DNA from: a virus
Taxonomy: Duplodnaviria; Caudoviricetes
Virus record (IMG/VR): IMGVR_UViG_3300020045_000177
Span: 1-29,705 of that record
DNA length: 29,705 nucleotides
Reading direction: 5' to 3' (one strand)
The notes beneath the pieces are model-generated. The model was given only the letters and a program-made list of their open reading frames with translations, was not told the origin of the DNA and searched no databases. Position numbers and translations under genes: made by a program. Positions 1 to 9,650 of the stretch are shown one piece after another (position 1 is the stretch's first letter; each line of letters begins with the position of its first letter).

Positions 1-753
1 GTCTGCGGTACTCTACGAGCCGACTTACCTTATGACAAAGTGTATAAAGTTAGAGAGAAAAATCGAAGACTGGGATTGGGTCTTATGGGTATCCATGCTT
101 GGTTACTCCAACGCCATCAAGAGTACGAAGTAACTCCAGAACTACATCAATGGTTAAAGGTATATAAAGATGAATCCGAACGAGCAGCTAATGAACACTG
201 TGAGCGACTATATATCTCAAAGCCAGTTGCCTATCGCGCTATTGCTCCGACAGGCTCCCTATCCATTTTGGGAAGTACTACGTCTGGCATTGAGCCTCTG
301 TACGCTGTCGCTTACAAACGAAGGTATCTTACTAACGGCACCAAATGGAAGTACGAGTACGTTGTGGATTCTATCGCAGAACAACTCATCAACGAATACG
401 GATTAGACCCAGATAAAATAGAAACTGCTTCTAGTCTTAGTACTGATTATGAAAAGCGCCTTAGTTTCCAAGCATCCATCCAAGATTATGTTGATATGAG
501 TATTAGTTCAACTATTAATCTTGCACCTTGGGGAAGTAAAACAAACAACGAATCACATGTACAAACATTTGCTAATGCACTTAGTAAATACGCATCAAGG
601 TTACGTGGTTTTACTTGCTATCCAGATGGTTCTCGTGGTGGTCAGCCTTTAACTGCTGTTCCTTATAGTGAGGCAAAGAAGCATAGTGGTGTTGTTTACG
701 AAGAGAATGACATCTGTGAGATTGGAGGTAAAGGTGGAAGCTGTGGCATATAA
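1..753 (+). CDS. nrdJ: Class II (B12-dependent) ribonucleotide reductase, C-terminal part; gene begins left of the window
   Basis: Frame is open from base 1 (VCGTLRADLPYDKVYKVREKNRRLGLGLMG). Motifs RRLGLGLMG, IAPTGSLSILGSTTSGIEP, QDYVDMSISSTIN. GFTCYPDGSR has a single Tyr where class I has YY. C-terminal Cys pair (ICEIGGKGGSCGI). Confidence 0.9.
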   Translation, partial: VCGTLRADLPYDKVYKVREKNRRLGLGLMGIHAWLLQRHQEYEVTPELHQWLKVYKDESERAANEHCERLYISKPVAYRAIAPTGSLSILGSTTSGIEPLYAVAYKRRYLTNGTKWKYEYVVDSIAEQLINEYGLDPDKIETASSLSTDYEKRLSFQASIQDYVDMSISSTINLAPWGSKTNNESHVQTFANALSKYASRLRGFTCYPDGSRGGQPLTAVPYSEAKKHSGVVYEENDICEIGGKGGSCGI

Positions 754-1096
754 CAGAGAGGATGTTATTTGGGCATCCGGGTTATTTGAAGGGGAGGGTA
801 GTATCTCTGTAGCTAAACTACCCTCCGGTAAAATTTATCCACGTATTAAAGTTAAGATGTGTGACGAGGATTCTGTAAAACGATTTGCAGATACCTTTAA
901 AATGATATACAGACCAGTCCAAAAAGATAAGACATGGCAAGATCATTACAAAGATGCTTGGTACACAGATGTAACTGGTAAGAAAGCAGTTGCTGTTTTG
1001 TATATGATGTTTCCTTGGTTGTGCAGTCGTAGGCAACAACGTGCTACTGATGTCATTTCTCTTTGGAAAAATAATAATGCACGTATTCTCGTTTAG
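743..1096 (+). CDS. Free-standing single-motif LAGLIDADG homing endonuclease
   Basis: WASGLFEGEGSI is a LAGLIDADG helix, followed by the typical PRIKVKMCD strand and a C-terminal PWLCSRRQQRA. Probable start GTG 743 after purine-rich AAGGTGGAAG, overlapping the nrdJ stop (ORF track start 668). Confidence 0.8.
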   Translation: MAYNREDVIWASGLFEGEGSISVAKLPSGKIYPRIKVKMCDEDSVKRFADTFKMIYRPVQKDKTWQDHYKDAWYTDVTGKKAVAVLYMMFPWLCSRRQQRATDVISLWKNNNARILV

Positions 1097-1250
1097 TTTT
1101 ATCTCAGGTTTTTGTTTAGGACTTGAGTTTTTCTTTCAGGAAGATCTTGAAAGTGAAGGTGCTACCTTTGCATTTAACATTGACCTTGGAATTTTTCGTA
1201 TGATGTACACTAAATATAAGGATGGTGATGGATGTTTGATCCCTGTTTAA
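1077..1250 (+). CDS. Small hydrophobic hypothetical protein
   Basis: ATG at 1077 overlaps the end of the endonuclease gene; MHVFSFSFISGFCLGLEFF...FAFNIDLGIFR; last ORF before the terminator. Confidence 0.55.
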   Translation: MHVFSFSFISGFCLGLEFFFQEDLESEGATFAFNIDLGIFRMMYTKYKDGDGCLIPV

Positions 1251-1326
1251 CTATAGAAGAACAGCTACTAGCCTTTATTGATTGGTACTTTTCTTTTCAG
1301 TAAAACTAGTAACAAAATCTGAAAAC

Positions 1327-1366
1327 AAAAAAGCCCCTTCTCGCAAGAGTTGGGGCTTTATTTTTT
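1327..1366. terminator. Bidirectional rho-independent terminator between the converging operons
   Basis: AAAAAAGCCCC-TT-CTC-GCAA-GAG-TT-GGGGCTTTATTTTTT: GC stem with a GCAA tetraloop, an A-tract on the left and a T-tract on the right. Confidence 0.9.
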
Positions 1367-1395
1367 ATACTTGTTTTGATGTTGACCGTAACAGA

Positions 1396-2406
1396 TTAGA
1401 ATGGGATTTCGTTATCTATATACGATTTCATCTCACTAGGATCTGACCAACTAACCTCACCATTGTATTTACTAGTACCAAAATTAGAAAGCATATCTGG
1501 ATCATTCATCCTAGCGATACTACGTTTGTACTCTTTTAGTTCTTGTTTTGCTTGTGGGCTAAGTATTTCATCAGGATAAATAGATTCAAACTGATTTGTA
1601 TTTGGGTTATGTTCCACAGACCAAGGTGTAGGTTCTAATCCATTAGCAACATCTGATTTATATTGTTTATAGAAATTAGCGTGGTCTTGTAGAATCTTCT
1701 GTGTCTGGTAGTTAGATCGCTGATCCCATTTAGCAACATCATCAAGGTAATCTGGACTACCTTCATACGATGTAACATTTGGTGGATCAAAGTTATCCCA
1801 CATGTGTTGATCTGATAGCATACGCACTTCGTTTAAGTACGCAGCTAACGTGTTAAACTTGTACTTCTTAGCTGCTGCTACTGCCACGTTATCTACAACA
1901 CTAGGAGCAACATGAGCAACATCTGCTATAGTATTGTCTGCAAGTTTGCGAACCAAACCAACACCACTACCAGTAATGGCAGCACCACCAGACAAAGCTC
2001 CTAACTTCTTAATAGCTTCTCGTCTTGATATAGATGTTCCACCCTCAATTAACTTGTCGTAGAGAGCACTAGCAGATTTCCTACTTAATCCACTAAGACC
2101 TTTACCAATACCTACCATATCAGCACCAAGCAAAGCAGCATCAGCTACGGCAGGTCTAGCACCATAAGTACCAATACCACCTGTAGCCACATTACCACCA
2201 CGGATTGCTGCTTGTAATCCATCATATGATATATCATCCACAAGTTCAGGTGCTTTACCCATGAATAAATCACCCAAACCTGTACCACCTAATAGAGGTA
2301 CTTGTGGTAGAACCTCATACTTATTTGCATAAGATTTACCTGACTGTAGTAGATCGGCTAATCTACCGACAATAGCATTTCTAGGAGTTGCTTGTATTGA
2401 TCCCAT
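1396..2406 (-). CDS. Hypothetical late protein, possibly ejected; Gly/Ala-rich N-half, internal twin-arginine-like motif, acidic/aromatic C-domain
   Basis: 336-aa ORF, last in the late operon; S127-RREAIKKLGALSGGAAITGSGVGLV. Confidence 0.6.
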   Translation of the reverse strand: MGSIQATPRNAIVGRLADLLQSGKSYANKYEVLPQVPLLGGTGLGDLFMGKAPELVDDISYDGLQAAIRGGNVATGGIGTYGARPAVADAALLGADMVGIGKGLSGLSRKSASALYDKLIEGGTSISRREAIKKLGALSGGAAITGSGVGLVRKLADNTIADVAHVAPSVVDNVAVAAAKKYKFNTLAAYLNEVRMLSDQHMWDNFDPPNVTSYEGSPDYLDDVAKWDQRSNYQTQKILQDHANFYKQYKSDVANGLEPTPWSVEHNPNTNQFESIYPDEILSPQAKQELKEYKRSIARMNDPDMLSNFGTSKYNGEVSWSDPSEMKSYIDNEIPF

Positions 2407-2408
2407 GA

Positions 2409-2837
2409 TTATCTTTCAAATAGCTGGCGTTCAGTAGCACGTCGTTTAACAAGACCACTCATCTTTGTACTAACACCATTGACCTTAGCAAAGACCCACT
2501 TATCAAACTCAGGTGCAGCACCTACATAATCCCACTTGTTTAGTTTCTTTAACAAGGTAGAGTTACGCAAGGCGTTGATACCTAGATTGAAAGCAAAGCT
2601 GACAAGAGCATCTAGTTGATTTTCCTTAATTGGAACCTTAACCATCTGAGATACATTAGATTCAAACTCAAGGTAGTCATCAGCAAGAAGTTTATTAGCT
2701 TGTTCCTCAGTGATCTTCTGTCCTAGCTTGACTCCTTCCGTATGCCCATATCCGATAGTTGGGATACCGGCAGGACATAGATAGGCTTCTAACCTTAGCC
2801 TTTCAAACTTCTTAATAAGTTCTATACCAGTCATCAA
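2409..2837 (-). CDS. Endolysin, GH24 phage lysozyme (muramidase)
   Basis: FERLRLEAYLCPAGIPTIGYGHT gives the E12-X8-C21-X5-T27 catalytic arrangement; NQLDALVSFAFNLG, STLLKKLN, GLVKRRATERQLF; no N-terminal SAR helix. Confidence 0.95.
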   Translation of the reverse strand: MMTGIELIKKFERLRLEAYLCPAGIPTIGYGHTEGVKLGQKITEEQANKLLADDYLEFESNVSQMVKVPIKENQLDALVSFAFNLGINALRNSTLLKKLNKWDYVGAAPEFDKWVFAKVNGVSTKMSGLVKRRATERQLFER

Positions 2838-5800
2838 TTATCCCTTCCATATAGTTTATCTAGCATCTGTGTAGTCTGGTGTTCTCTTGCTTTACGCATT
2901 TGCTCATAAGACATTATACCCTTCTCACTCATAATACCACGCAAGGCAGCAGGAGTATTCTCCAACTTGGCTTGACTAATAATAGCTTTGATAGCAGCAC
3001 TTGGACTTGGTTCATGCTTCATGTAGATCTTCATAGCAGCTTCGTCTTTGCCATCGTTGTATAGTTGTGCTGCTCTAGCCAAGGCTTGTGTCCTAGACTC
3101 GTCAGCATTCCCGTCATTGATAGCAGCTTGCGATACCATAGCTTCTTTAGCAGATCTAACACCAAACCAAGGGGCAACCTTCTCAGCAGTACTACGTTCA
3201 ACACCAGCCCCGCCACGGCTACCCATACGGGTGTATTCCTCACCGTTGTTACGAACAGCATCAACAGCACCACTAGGCCAGCCTTTAGGTACAGTGTTCT
3301 TGATAGCTTTATCTAGCTCTGTTATTGTATGATTTCCACGAACAGCTTCAGAAGCAAGAGTACCCATAGAACCTACAGCAGTAGCACCCCAAGAGATTGT
3401 CGGGAAGAAAATAGACATACCATTTTGTTGTACGTCAGTGATCTTCTTAAGCAAAGAGGTGTAGCGCATAGAGGCATCTAAGTCCATATCTGTAGCTTCT
3501 GTTAGCATACCATGAGATACCCACAGAGGAGAGTTCTTTAGGATATGGTCACTAGCTGAAGGCCATGCCTTATCATCCCACCAACCCATGCTGATACCCG
3601 CCATACGCAGTAACTCATACTCTGCTATCACTGGCATTGAGATAGCCCCACCAAGGATCATTGTGACAGCCGCAGTCATAATCAAAGGTGCAGATGCTCT
3701 GAACCCTGGCTCTAAGCTACGAGTATCAAATGACTTCTTCCAACCCTGTACAAACTCCTTAGCATCTACAATCATGTTACCAGCTTGACCGTGAGCAAAG
3801 GTTGTCAGAGGTGCAGCTTGCTCACCGAATATACCTATCTCACGATAGATAGCAGGAAGATTCTTCTGTCCATAAGCATACATGTTGTCAGTAGTATCTC
3901 TTGATGCTTTCTGATACAACGCTTCACCACGTAGTCCTGCTTTCTTATGCAAGTTGTAGAAGAAAGTAAAGGAAGCAAACCTAGAGAACGAATCACCAGC
4001 AGCAGAAGGTGTCTTACCTGTAGCCATATCTACAACCTTGTTTAGTGTTGAGTTAGGATCTTTACCAATCTTAATATCATTATACTCATTAACAAGTTGT
4101 GGGTGTAGTACATTACCCTCATGCCCTGCGTAGTAAATAGCCTTAAGAAAATCAGGATCAGCATTATACTTACCCTTAGCCATCATACTAATACTAGAAC
4201 CAAAAGCACCTAGTACATCTGTAACACTAGCACCTTCCTTAAAAGCAGATCTGCTAGACATTAATGCTTGTAGTGGTTGTGCAATCCATATAGCCGGTTT
4301 CATAGTGATATTTGCTGTATAAAACGCAGTACCAAATATACCAGTAAAGCGATCTAGTGCATGTTTATCTCTATGCTTATAACCAAACACAGATCCAAAC
4401 ATATCATCAATCTTTTCTCTTGTTGCAGTAGATAGATCACGTACGGCTTTACGTACTGTAGAGTTCTCAGGTACAACATCACCTGTCTTTGTACGTACAT
4501 AGAATCCAATCAAGTCTTCATCCGTTTTAGACATTGTATTATCTACTTGATGCTGAACCCACTCAGACTGAACACGACGCTGCATAATACTGTTAGTATA
4601 TTTCTGATAACCACGAGGTATAGCATCACGTAAAAGTTGAGCCTTGCGTGCAACTGACATGAACCCTTGATCCCCAATAAAGCCAGGAAGCATCATGCTC
4701 TTCATCATGTGAGTACCAACAGCAGAGTTCTGTTCCTCAAAGTCTTTTAGCTTCTGTGCTATATACTCGTCTAGCTTACCGGCAGGAGCTTCATCAAGTG
4801 CCTTCTCCATAAACTCTTTGATGTTCTGTGTGCGATCTTCATTCCGTGAGTTTCGCTGCTCAACAGAGAATCGTGAGTCTAGTTTCTGATACTTCTCTTT
4901 GTAGTTGTTAGCCTCACCAGCAGACAAGAAAGTTTCTAACTTAATAGTAACACCTTTAAGTTTAACCTCTACAACATGATCCCCTAAGCGATCAATTGTA
5001 ATGTGTCCTGGTTGCTTACGCATTTTCTCGTTAAGACCCTGCTTGCCTTGCATACGAACAGCAGATTCCCAGATACGATTCTCAGCTAAGACGACAGACA
5101 GAGCAAAGTTATGTTCTTCAGGAGTCCATTGTGATTTATACTTCTCTAATGTTTTAGTATGTTCAACACCATTACGCATACCGTCAATCAGTTGTTCATG
5201 TACTTTAACCAATTGTACATCACTTAGGTTACGCATAGCAGGTATAACAGCATTAGGTTTATCTTTAGCAGATAGATTAAATGCCCAACCAATCTTGTTA
5301 CCAACATAGGTTTGAACAGAGTCTCTTCCTGTTAGAATATCACGCAACAAAGACTCACGCATATGGTCAGCCTTCTGTATGAAGTCAGCCATATATGTGA
5401 AGTGCTTGTTATCTCGCATCAACTGCGGTAACTGTGCTGTGAAGACATGTGAGAAGATATTAACAGAACCATTTTTAACAGCACTAACCATACCCTCAGC
5501 AGTGTGTTTCTTTACAAAGTCCATACCTTTAACTCGTGGTGCTGCACCATCACTAGCAGCAATCATTGCCTCACCATGAAATACAACCTCTTCTAAAGCA
5601 GTACGCTCATTACCCTTCAACCCTAGCATGTCCTTAATGGCATTAGTCAATCTAGCCATCACATTAGAACCAGTCATACGCAAGTTACGTAGTCCGGCTT
5701 GAGCATTTAGATCAGTCATACCATGTGTAACCAACTCTCTAGGATTCTCCATCATAGCCGCTAATTTATCTTTACCCATATTACGTTCAAGGATAGACAT

Positions 5801-7627
5801 AAATTCCTTGTTACTTTTAATGGTATTATATAAATTGTTTATAGCAGAAGCAGACTTTGCTTGTTCAGCAGATAGTGGTTTTCCCTGTTCAAATCGAAAT
5901 AATACCTTATTAACAGCACTATGAACAGCTTCGTGTATTACATTAATAGGGTTAATACTCTTAGGATCGTTAAAACTAATCTTACCTGTATAGTTATTAT
6001 ACCCAGCTTCACCCTCAATCTTAGGATTAATAGACAAGTCTGAACGAGCTACAAGAGGATTCTGTAGTAGTTTGTTAGCAAGGTGTCCTAGATATGTATG
6101 ATTAGCATAAGGAGAGTTCTTAATATTGTTAGCAACAAACTCTAGACCACCACGAACACCACCACTTTCCATAGCTTTAACTAAGTCAGTAGCCTTATTC
6201 CAAACAGGTTGTTCAACATCAAAGGCTTTAACAGGATCAACAGCCTTACCTCTTAGTGCAGACTCAATCTTAGATTGTTCTTGTTTGTATAGAGCTAACT
6301 TCTCTGCATCACGTGCAAACTCTATATTCTCGTCTTGAGTCCTAAATGATTTATTTAACCGTTCAAGATTACTACGTAAAGCCTCTATCTTATTAGTCTT
6401 GCTAGAAAGCATATTAGTTAGAGCCTCTTTAGTGTATCCACTAATATTCTTAGCCATAATTTCGCCATTAACGTCGTACTTATCCTTATATATGGGTCTA
6501 TCTGGTGTATCTTCTACCCAACCCTTAGTACCTTCATCAAATGCTCTCATTAAAGCATCAAGTTCTGGATCTTCACCGGCTTTAGGTAAATCTCTGGGAG
6601 GCTCTACAATCGATTTGTTTTCCTCTGGTGCTACTCTGCTATCAACTGGATGCTGTTCGTCGATTCTGGGTGGCTCTACGTCAGTCCTAGAGGTATCCTG
6701 TGTAGGTTCAGTTGCCTTCTTTCTACCTAACTCAATCTCAAGAGTCTCAACCATCTTGTTCAAATGATTTACATCATTAAGTTTATCGAGATAAAACTGT
6801 GAGGTTTTGTCTTTAATACCAGCAAGTTCTTTTTGTGCCTCTCTAAGCAAAGTGCTGTAAGAAGTTAGGGAAGTCTCAATCATCTTTGTAGGATCAGGAG
6901 CATTCTCAGTTTCATTCCTACCCATAGCTTTATCTAGCTTACGGTTCTTTGTTTCTGTAGGAGTTACACTAGGCTTTCCATTAGGAAGCATACCAAAACC
7001 AGCACCAAGAATACCAGATAGAGCCACAGTCTCAGGAGTATTCTCAAACTGTTGTTTCATTTCTTTGGTATCTGATACACCTTGGATAGCTTCACGCACA
7101 AGTACGTCCTGAGCTACGTTACCAGCAGCACCGGAAACCATACGCTTAAGCAAGTTACCCTTCATGCTTGCAGGAATGGCAATACCAGCCATATTACCAA
7201 GAGTATCAAGACCTACAGCTTTTTGTGCAGCCCTAATAGACTCGCCAGCATCGATAGCCTTAACGCCCGTATCAGCAGAAGAGAAAGGCATAACAAGCAT
7301 TTGAGCAGGAAGTGTGGCAACCATACCACCTAACTTACCACCAAAAGATTGTTCAGCATCTTTAGGTGTCCAGTAATCATCCATATTCTTTGTTACATCT
7401 TGCATAGTCTCATAGACTTTACTCTGTGCTTCATCAGCACCAAGCAAACCTAGAGCACCACCACCAAGCAAACCAGCAGCGCGTACAATAGGCGTAGCAG
7501 CAGCGTTAAGACTAATACCAATATCTTCTAGTACTGTTGTATTACGTTTATCTTGAACAGAAAAAAGACCCAGTGGGTCATTAGAATCTTGCGTTTCAAA
7601 TAAACCTAATGGGTCTTGGTTACTCAT
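2834..7627 (-). CDS. Large internal virion/ejection protein with a zincin-like (HExxH) metallopeptidase region
   Basis: 1597 aa, last and largest of the ejection cluster. N-terminal DPLGLF twice, then Gly/Ala-rich helices. VIHEAVHSAV at 5921-5935 with downstream NPRELV. Confidence 0.7.
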   Translation of the reverse strand: MSNQDPLGLFETQDSNDPLGLFSVQDKRNTTVLEDIGISLNAAATPIVRAAGLLGGGALGLLGADEAQSKVYETMQDVTKNMDDYWTPKDAEQSFGGKLGGMVATLPAQMLVMPFSSADTGVKAIDAGESIRAAQKAVGLDTLGNMAGIAIPASMKGNLLKRMVSGAAGNVAQDVLVREAIQGVSDTKEMKQQFENTPETVALSGILGAGFGMLPNGKPSVTPTETKNRKLDKAMGRNETENAPDPTKMIETSLTSYSTLLREAQKELAGIKDKTSQFYLDKLNDVNHLNKMVETLEIELGRKKATEPTQDTSRTDVEPPRIDEQHPVDSRVAPEENKSIVEPPRDLPKAGEDPELDALMRAFDEGTKGWVEDTPDRPIYKDKYDVNGEIMAKNISGYTKEALTNMLSSKTNKIEALRSNLERLNKSFRTQDENIEFARDAEKLALYKQEQSKIESALRGKAVDPVKAFDVEQPVWNKATDLVKAMESGGVRGGLEFVANNIKNSPYANHTYLGHLANKLLQNPLVARSDLSINPKIEGEAGYNNYTGKISFNDPKSINPINVIHEAVHSAVNKVLFRFEQGKPLSAEQAKSASAINNLYNTIKSNKEFMSILERNMGKDKLAAMMENPRELVTHGMTDLNAQAGLRNLRMTGSNVMARLTNAIKDMLGLKGNERTALEEVVFHGEAMIAASDGAAPRVKGMDFVKKHTAEGMVSAVKNGSVNIFSHVFTAQLPQLMRDNKHFTYMADFIQKADHMRESLLRDILTGRDSVQTYVGNKIGWAFNLSAKDKPNAVIPAMRNLSDVQLVKVHEQLIDGMRNGVEHTKTLEKYKSQWTPEEHNFALSVVLAENRIWESAVRMQGKQGLNEKMRKQPGHITIDRLGDHVVEVKLKGVTIKLETFLSAGEANNYKEKYQKLDSRFSVEQRNSRNEDRTQNIKEFMEKALDEAPAGKLDEYIAQKLKDFEEQNSAVGTHMMKSMMLPGFIGDQGFMSVARKAQLLRDAIPRGYQKYTNSIMQRRVQSEWVQHQVDNTMSKTDEDLIGFYVRTKTGDVVPENSTVRKAVRDLSTATREKIDDMFGSVFGYKHRDKHALDRFTGIFGTAFYTANITMKPAIWIAQPLQALMSSRSAFKEGASVTDVLGAFGSSISMMAKGKYNADPDFLKAIYYAGHEGNVLHPQLVNEYNDIKIGKDPNSTLNKVVDMATGKTPSAAGDSFSRFASFTFFYNLHKKAGLRGEALYQKASRDTTDNMYAYGQKNLPAIYREIGIFGEQAAPLTTFAHGQAGNMIVDAKEFVQGWKKSFDTRSLEPGFRASAPLIMTAAVTMILGGAISMPVIAEYELLRMAGISMGWWDDKAWPSASDHILKNSPLWVSHGMLTEATDMDLDASMRYTSLLKKITDVQQNGMSIFFPTISWGATAVGSMGTLASEAVRGNHTITELDKAIKNTVPKGWPSGAVDAVRNNGEEYTRMGSRGGAGVERSTAEKVAPWFGVRSAKEAMVSQAAINDGNADESRTQALARAAQLYNDGKDEAAMKIYMKHEPSPSAAIKAIISQAKLENTPAALRGIMSEKGIMSYEQMRKAREHQTTQMLDKLYGRDN

Positions 7628-8652
7628 TATAAATCTTCTCCAAATTTCTGTTTGTAAGCTGCTTTAAGTTTATCTACAGGAATACCCGGATACATAGATT
7701 GTAACTTTTCAACAGTCATCTTACCTTCTGTTGGTTGTGCTTGTGTAGTTGCATTACTACCACCACCAGTAACACGGTTCCGTAACTCTGCCCTAGACTG
7801 TTTCAATACACTTTCAACTTGAGCTTTCTTTGTTTCCAAATCAGCGAGAGCTTGTGTATTCTCTGGTCGTTTAATCATACCAGCAATACGCCTAGCTTCT
7901 GCAACTCTCTCAGTCAGATCAGAGCTTTCTTTTTCTAGTGTATTAATATCAGACTGCAACAACTTAATATACTGATCTGTACCAGCAGAAGCCCTACGCT
8001 CTGCGCTATACCGAGAAGCGTCAGCAGCAATGTTAGCCCCTGCAATAGTCTTATCAATATCAAGCTGACCTTTAAGAGATTCTACACGCATCTTACCAAA
8101 CAGATCAGCAGTGCTACCTTGTTGAGCAACAAGATCTTCACGTTGTTTCTTAAGTGTGTTTAATGTACCTTGTGGTATATCAACACGATCACCTGTATTC
8201 GGATCTAACACAAAACCCTTAGAGATAACATCATCAAGTCGTGCAACATCCTGCATACGTTGTGTAGATAATCTATCAACTTCAGCTTTAATAGGTGCTT
8301 GTCTTAGAGCTTCTGGGTGCATGGCAAAACCAATCTCATTCTTACGATTAGTTTCATCGTAACCAGCTTGCTTAGAATCAATAAACCCTTGCAACATAGC
8401 AGGAGTTCGTTGTAGTTCTGCTTGTTCTGCTACTAATTGCTTACCTGGCATATCAAAACCGATACCTTGATTAGTCAGTCGAGCTTTCTCAATATCAAGT
8501 GGTTGCATCTGCTGTTCGCGTTGATTAAGAAGATACTGTTTTAGAATCTCTTCTTGTGACATATCCTCAGCATTGGCAGCATTAAATCCATGATACAAAC
8601 CACCTAAAGTAAACTCAGGTTTGTACCCAGTAGAGATTTCTTGAAAGGCCAT
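7627..8652 (-). CDS. Putative ejection (DNA transfer) protein
   Basis: 341 aa, Gln/Ala-rich and predicted helical/coiled-coil; lies between the pilot-like protein and the large ejection protein. Confidence 0.55.
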   Translation of the reverse strand: MAFQEISTGYKPEFTLGGLYHGFNAANAEDMSQEEILKQYLLNQREQQMQPLDIEKARLTNQGIGFDMPGKQLVAEQAELQRTPAMLQGFIDSKQAGYDETNRKNEIGFAMHPEALRQAPIKAEVDRLSTQRMQDVARLDDVISKGFVLDPNTGDRVDIPQGTLNTLKKQREDLVAQQGSTADLFGKMRVESLKGQLDIDKTIAGANIAADASRYSAERRASAGTDQYIKLLQSDINTLEKESSDLTERVAEARRIAGMIKRPENTQALADLETKKAQVESVLKQSRAELRNRVTGGGSNATTQAQPTEGKMTVEKLQSMYPGIPVDKLKAAYKQKFGEDL

Positions 8653-8657
8653 TGTTA

Positions 8658-9641
8658 TTACCCCTGTCGAGCAGCAAGGATTTTAGAAAGAATCTCTTGC
8701 ATAGCAGCATCTTTAGCAGTAGTGTTATCATTACCTTGTAACATACGACCAATAGCATCTGCATAAGAAGCATTAGAACCTGCTGTAGTTGTAGCACGAT
8801 TAGCACCAAGCATTGCTTCCAAGATACCACTAGAACCATTAAGACCAGCACCGGCAGGTTGATACAAACCAGCACGATCATTAATCATTTGGTTCTCAAA
8901 GTCCATCTGTGACTTAGTTAGTTGTGGTGCAAGAGCAGCAGCCATCTGAACATCGCTAGTACCACGCTGACGTGAGCCACGATTTGCTTGAGAGATTAGT
9001 TGGTCTTGTAGAGTCTTGTACTGTTGGTTAGCGTTTGGATTCTGACGGAAGGCATTCAAGCGATCTTGTACATCTACAAGTTCCTGTTGATAACGAGGAC
9101 GCTGTGCAGCAAAGGGATTAGTGTTCTGTTGCATCTGCTGTGCAGCTTGTGCGTTCTGCTGACCTAGCTGGCCCTGTGCCTTCTTCTCTTGCTGTGCAGC
9201 CCAGAGACTTGCAAGACCCTTGAGCATCTGGTTAGTGTTATTTTGCTGACCTTGTGATTGTCCTAGAACACCAGCCCCGCCTTTGAACAAAGAACCAAGG
9301 ACATCCATACCCTTACCACCAAACCCACTTAACCCAGATTGTAGTGCATCATAGCCTTGTTGTGGTAAGCTATCAAAGCTAGTACCAAGTTGTTTATCTA
9401 CATTACCCCAGTTAGTACCAAATTGTTGCCAACCATCTTCCGGGATATTAGAGATGTTAGCATTAAAATCGTATTGATTAGGATCATTACCAAAAGCAGG
9501 TTGTGTTTGAAACTGTGGTTGTTGATCGTTGATGTTATAGTTTAAATCGTTATTAGAACTGCCCCAATCTTGAGGCCCATTATTTACATTACTAAAGAAG
9601 TCTTCATCACTAGTACCACCAGTGTAATCGTCGTATGCCAT
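8658..9641 (-). CDS. Putative ejection/pilot protein (P22 gp7-like position)
   Basis: 327 aa, Gly/Gln/Asn-rich; Gly-rich amphipathic stretch then QNAQAAQQMQQNTNPF; follows the tail genes. Confidence 0.55.
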   Translation of the reverse strand: MAYDDYTGGTSDEDFFSNVNNGPQDWGSSNNDLNYNINDQQPQFQTQPAFGNDPNQYDFNANISNIPEDGWQQFGTNWGNVDKQLGTSFDSLPQQGYDALQSGLSGFGGKGMDVLGSLFKGGAGVLGQSQGQQNNTNQMLKGLASLWAAQQEKKAQGQLGQQNAQAAQQMQQNTNPFAAQRPRYQQELVDVQDRLNAFRQNPNANQQYKTLQDQLISQANRGSRQRGTSDVQMAAALAPQLTKSQMDFENQMINDRAGLYQPAGAGLNGSSGILEAMLGANRATTTAGSNASYADAIGRMLQGNDNTTAKDAAMQEILSKILAARQG

Positions 9642-9650
9642 GTTATTTCC

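Noticed and set aside
668-742. Longer N-terminus for the LAGLIDADG ORF
   Set aside because: It overlaps conserved nrdJ coding sequence; GTG 743 has a plausible RBS and puts the LAGLIDADG helix near the N-terminus as usual.
1266-1311. TACTAG...CTAGTA inverted repeat before the terminator
   Set aside because: It is short and AT-rich with a large loop, so it is compatible with chance.
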